Assembly (NCBI RefSeq): GCF_001194135.2
Contig: NC_068984.1
Coordinates: forward strand, 76,221,112-76,285,111
Origin: Octopus bimaculoides
Lineage: Eukaryota
Length of the DNA: 64,000 bases
Direction of reading: 5' to 3'
Below the pieces are notes generated by a model. It searched no databases and was not told the origin of the DNA. It saw only the letters and a list, made by a program, of their open reading frames with translations. Below are positions 62,563-64,000 of this stretch, one piece after another (position 1 is the stretch's first letter; each line of letters opens with the position of its first letter). A program made the position numbers and the translations under genes.

Positions 62563-64000
62563 CTTTGCATGTACCATGTCCTTGCGCTGTTGTTTTTTCT
62601 CTGTTTTTTGGGGGGATTATATATATATATGACATGGCTGTATATTTAAGGAGTTCATTTCACAACCACATAGTTTTGGGTTCAGTCCTACTGCATGGCA
62701 TCTTGGGCAAGTGTTTCTACTATAGCCCTAGATGAGCCAATATCTTTGGGTGAATTTAGTTGATAGCAACTCTACGAAACTCTGTGTGTGTGTGTGTTTG
62801 TGTATATACGTATGTACATACATGAATGTTTATAATTTGTAATTGCATGAAAAATCACTGAACTGTAGCTGGTGTTATCTATTGTCATTTCCTTGTCAAC
62901 AAATCATCTAGTATTTCTGCCTTTTGAAGACAAATGGAATGAAAATTGCCTTTCTTAAAATGCAAATAAGAGTTAGCAGAAGAAAGCATCCTGCTGTAGA
63001 ATACTGCATCCATTTTCCACACTGGCATTTTTTGGACAAGTCATCATTGTCTGAATCAGTCCTTATTCAGACCATGCCCTATCTATCATATAGATGGGTC
63101 AATGAAATAAATTTTGAGTTAAGTATTAGGGCCAGTGGTATGCTCTACTCATCCCCACCCCATCGAAATTCTGACCTTGTGCCTATCTCAGTGTCCCACT
63201 CAGATGGTTGCCATCCAGCTTAGTTTTGCAAGCTGGATGGTGACCTCACTAGTTCTGGTGACATGAAAAAAAGCACCCTGTATGCTTTGTAAAGTAGTTG
63301 GCATTCGGATGGGTATCCAGCTATAGAAAACAACCCGATACAGTCACTGAAACACAATGCAGTCCTCAGACCATTCAACCCTTGCCAGCATGGAACAAGG
63401 ATATTAAGAGATTATCATCATAATCATAATAATCACCAAGTAAGAAAGAAAACATCTGCCATAATAGTTTTATGAGCTTCATATTTATCTACTTATGTAT
63501 ACACACATACATCAAGTCACATTTCTAAATTGCTTCCTCTTGTGCTTAATGCATCTGTTTTCATGCACATCAATACATTAGTATGCATAGAGATATGTCA
63601 TGTTAGTGCATTGAAATACATTTATCATCTACCAATATGTTTGTATATTAACGCACAAGCTCATGAGGTATGTATTGTGTCTCTAGGCAGGCAAGCAATA
63701 TTTATAGTTTCCAGTTTAATGTTTTGAGGTGGCACATTAATAACAAGTGACCAGATGTGCCTTGCTTCAGAGCCAGCTGTGGCATAAGAATATCACTGTC
63801 CTTATGCTGCTGCTACTTGATGTTTAGCCCCAAGTCACTTCAGATCAAGTAGACCTATTATCTAATGCATTTCAACCAAGAACATACTGTCTTTCCAGAC
63901 ATAGTTTATATCAGACTGATTGTATAATGTATCCATCTTATTTATTTATTTATTTATTTATTGTTAAAGACAGTTGTGTGCGATTTGAAGGGGATTTAGT

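Overview
AT-rich eukaryotic genomic DNA from a gapped draft assembly (12 N-gaps, almost all at AT/GT microsatellites). The repeat families resemble those I recall from Octopus-type cephalopod genomes; this is pattern recognition, not a database result. Only two credible host coding exons are present, both on the + strand: 10256-10447 (ATG 10266) and 61444-61512. They are phase-compatible across a 50,996-nt GT-AG intron. The joined peptide (...FAYNKRVSVPAIPGMLIVLGLVGE-L-LLCFVSIGAVVTFLLDYLGEKK) aligns without gaps to the N-terminal membrane hairpin of Arabidopsis NO EXINE FORMATION 1 (NEF1) as I recall it. The rest is intronic or upstream DNA packed with tRNA-derived SINEs, RTE LINE relics, a Gypsy-type integrase ORF, a Penelope-like GIY-YIG fragment, hAT, mariner and piggyBac relics, TTAA MITEs and microsatellites. 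Best leads: (1) the NEF1-like animal gene; (2) a Penelope-like 3' end carrying a tRNA-like Pol III promoter followed by a hammerhead ribozyme core, plus two other hammerhead-like motifs; (3) a 30-bp perfect inverted-repeat element with a tRNA-like core and splice signals; (4) poison-microexon candidates and an inverted SINE cluster inside the giant intron. No CRISPR array, rRNA or convincing functional tRNA gene was found. Relic boundaries are approximate unless a TSD is cited.
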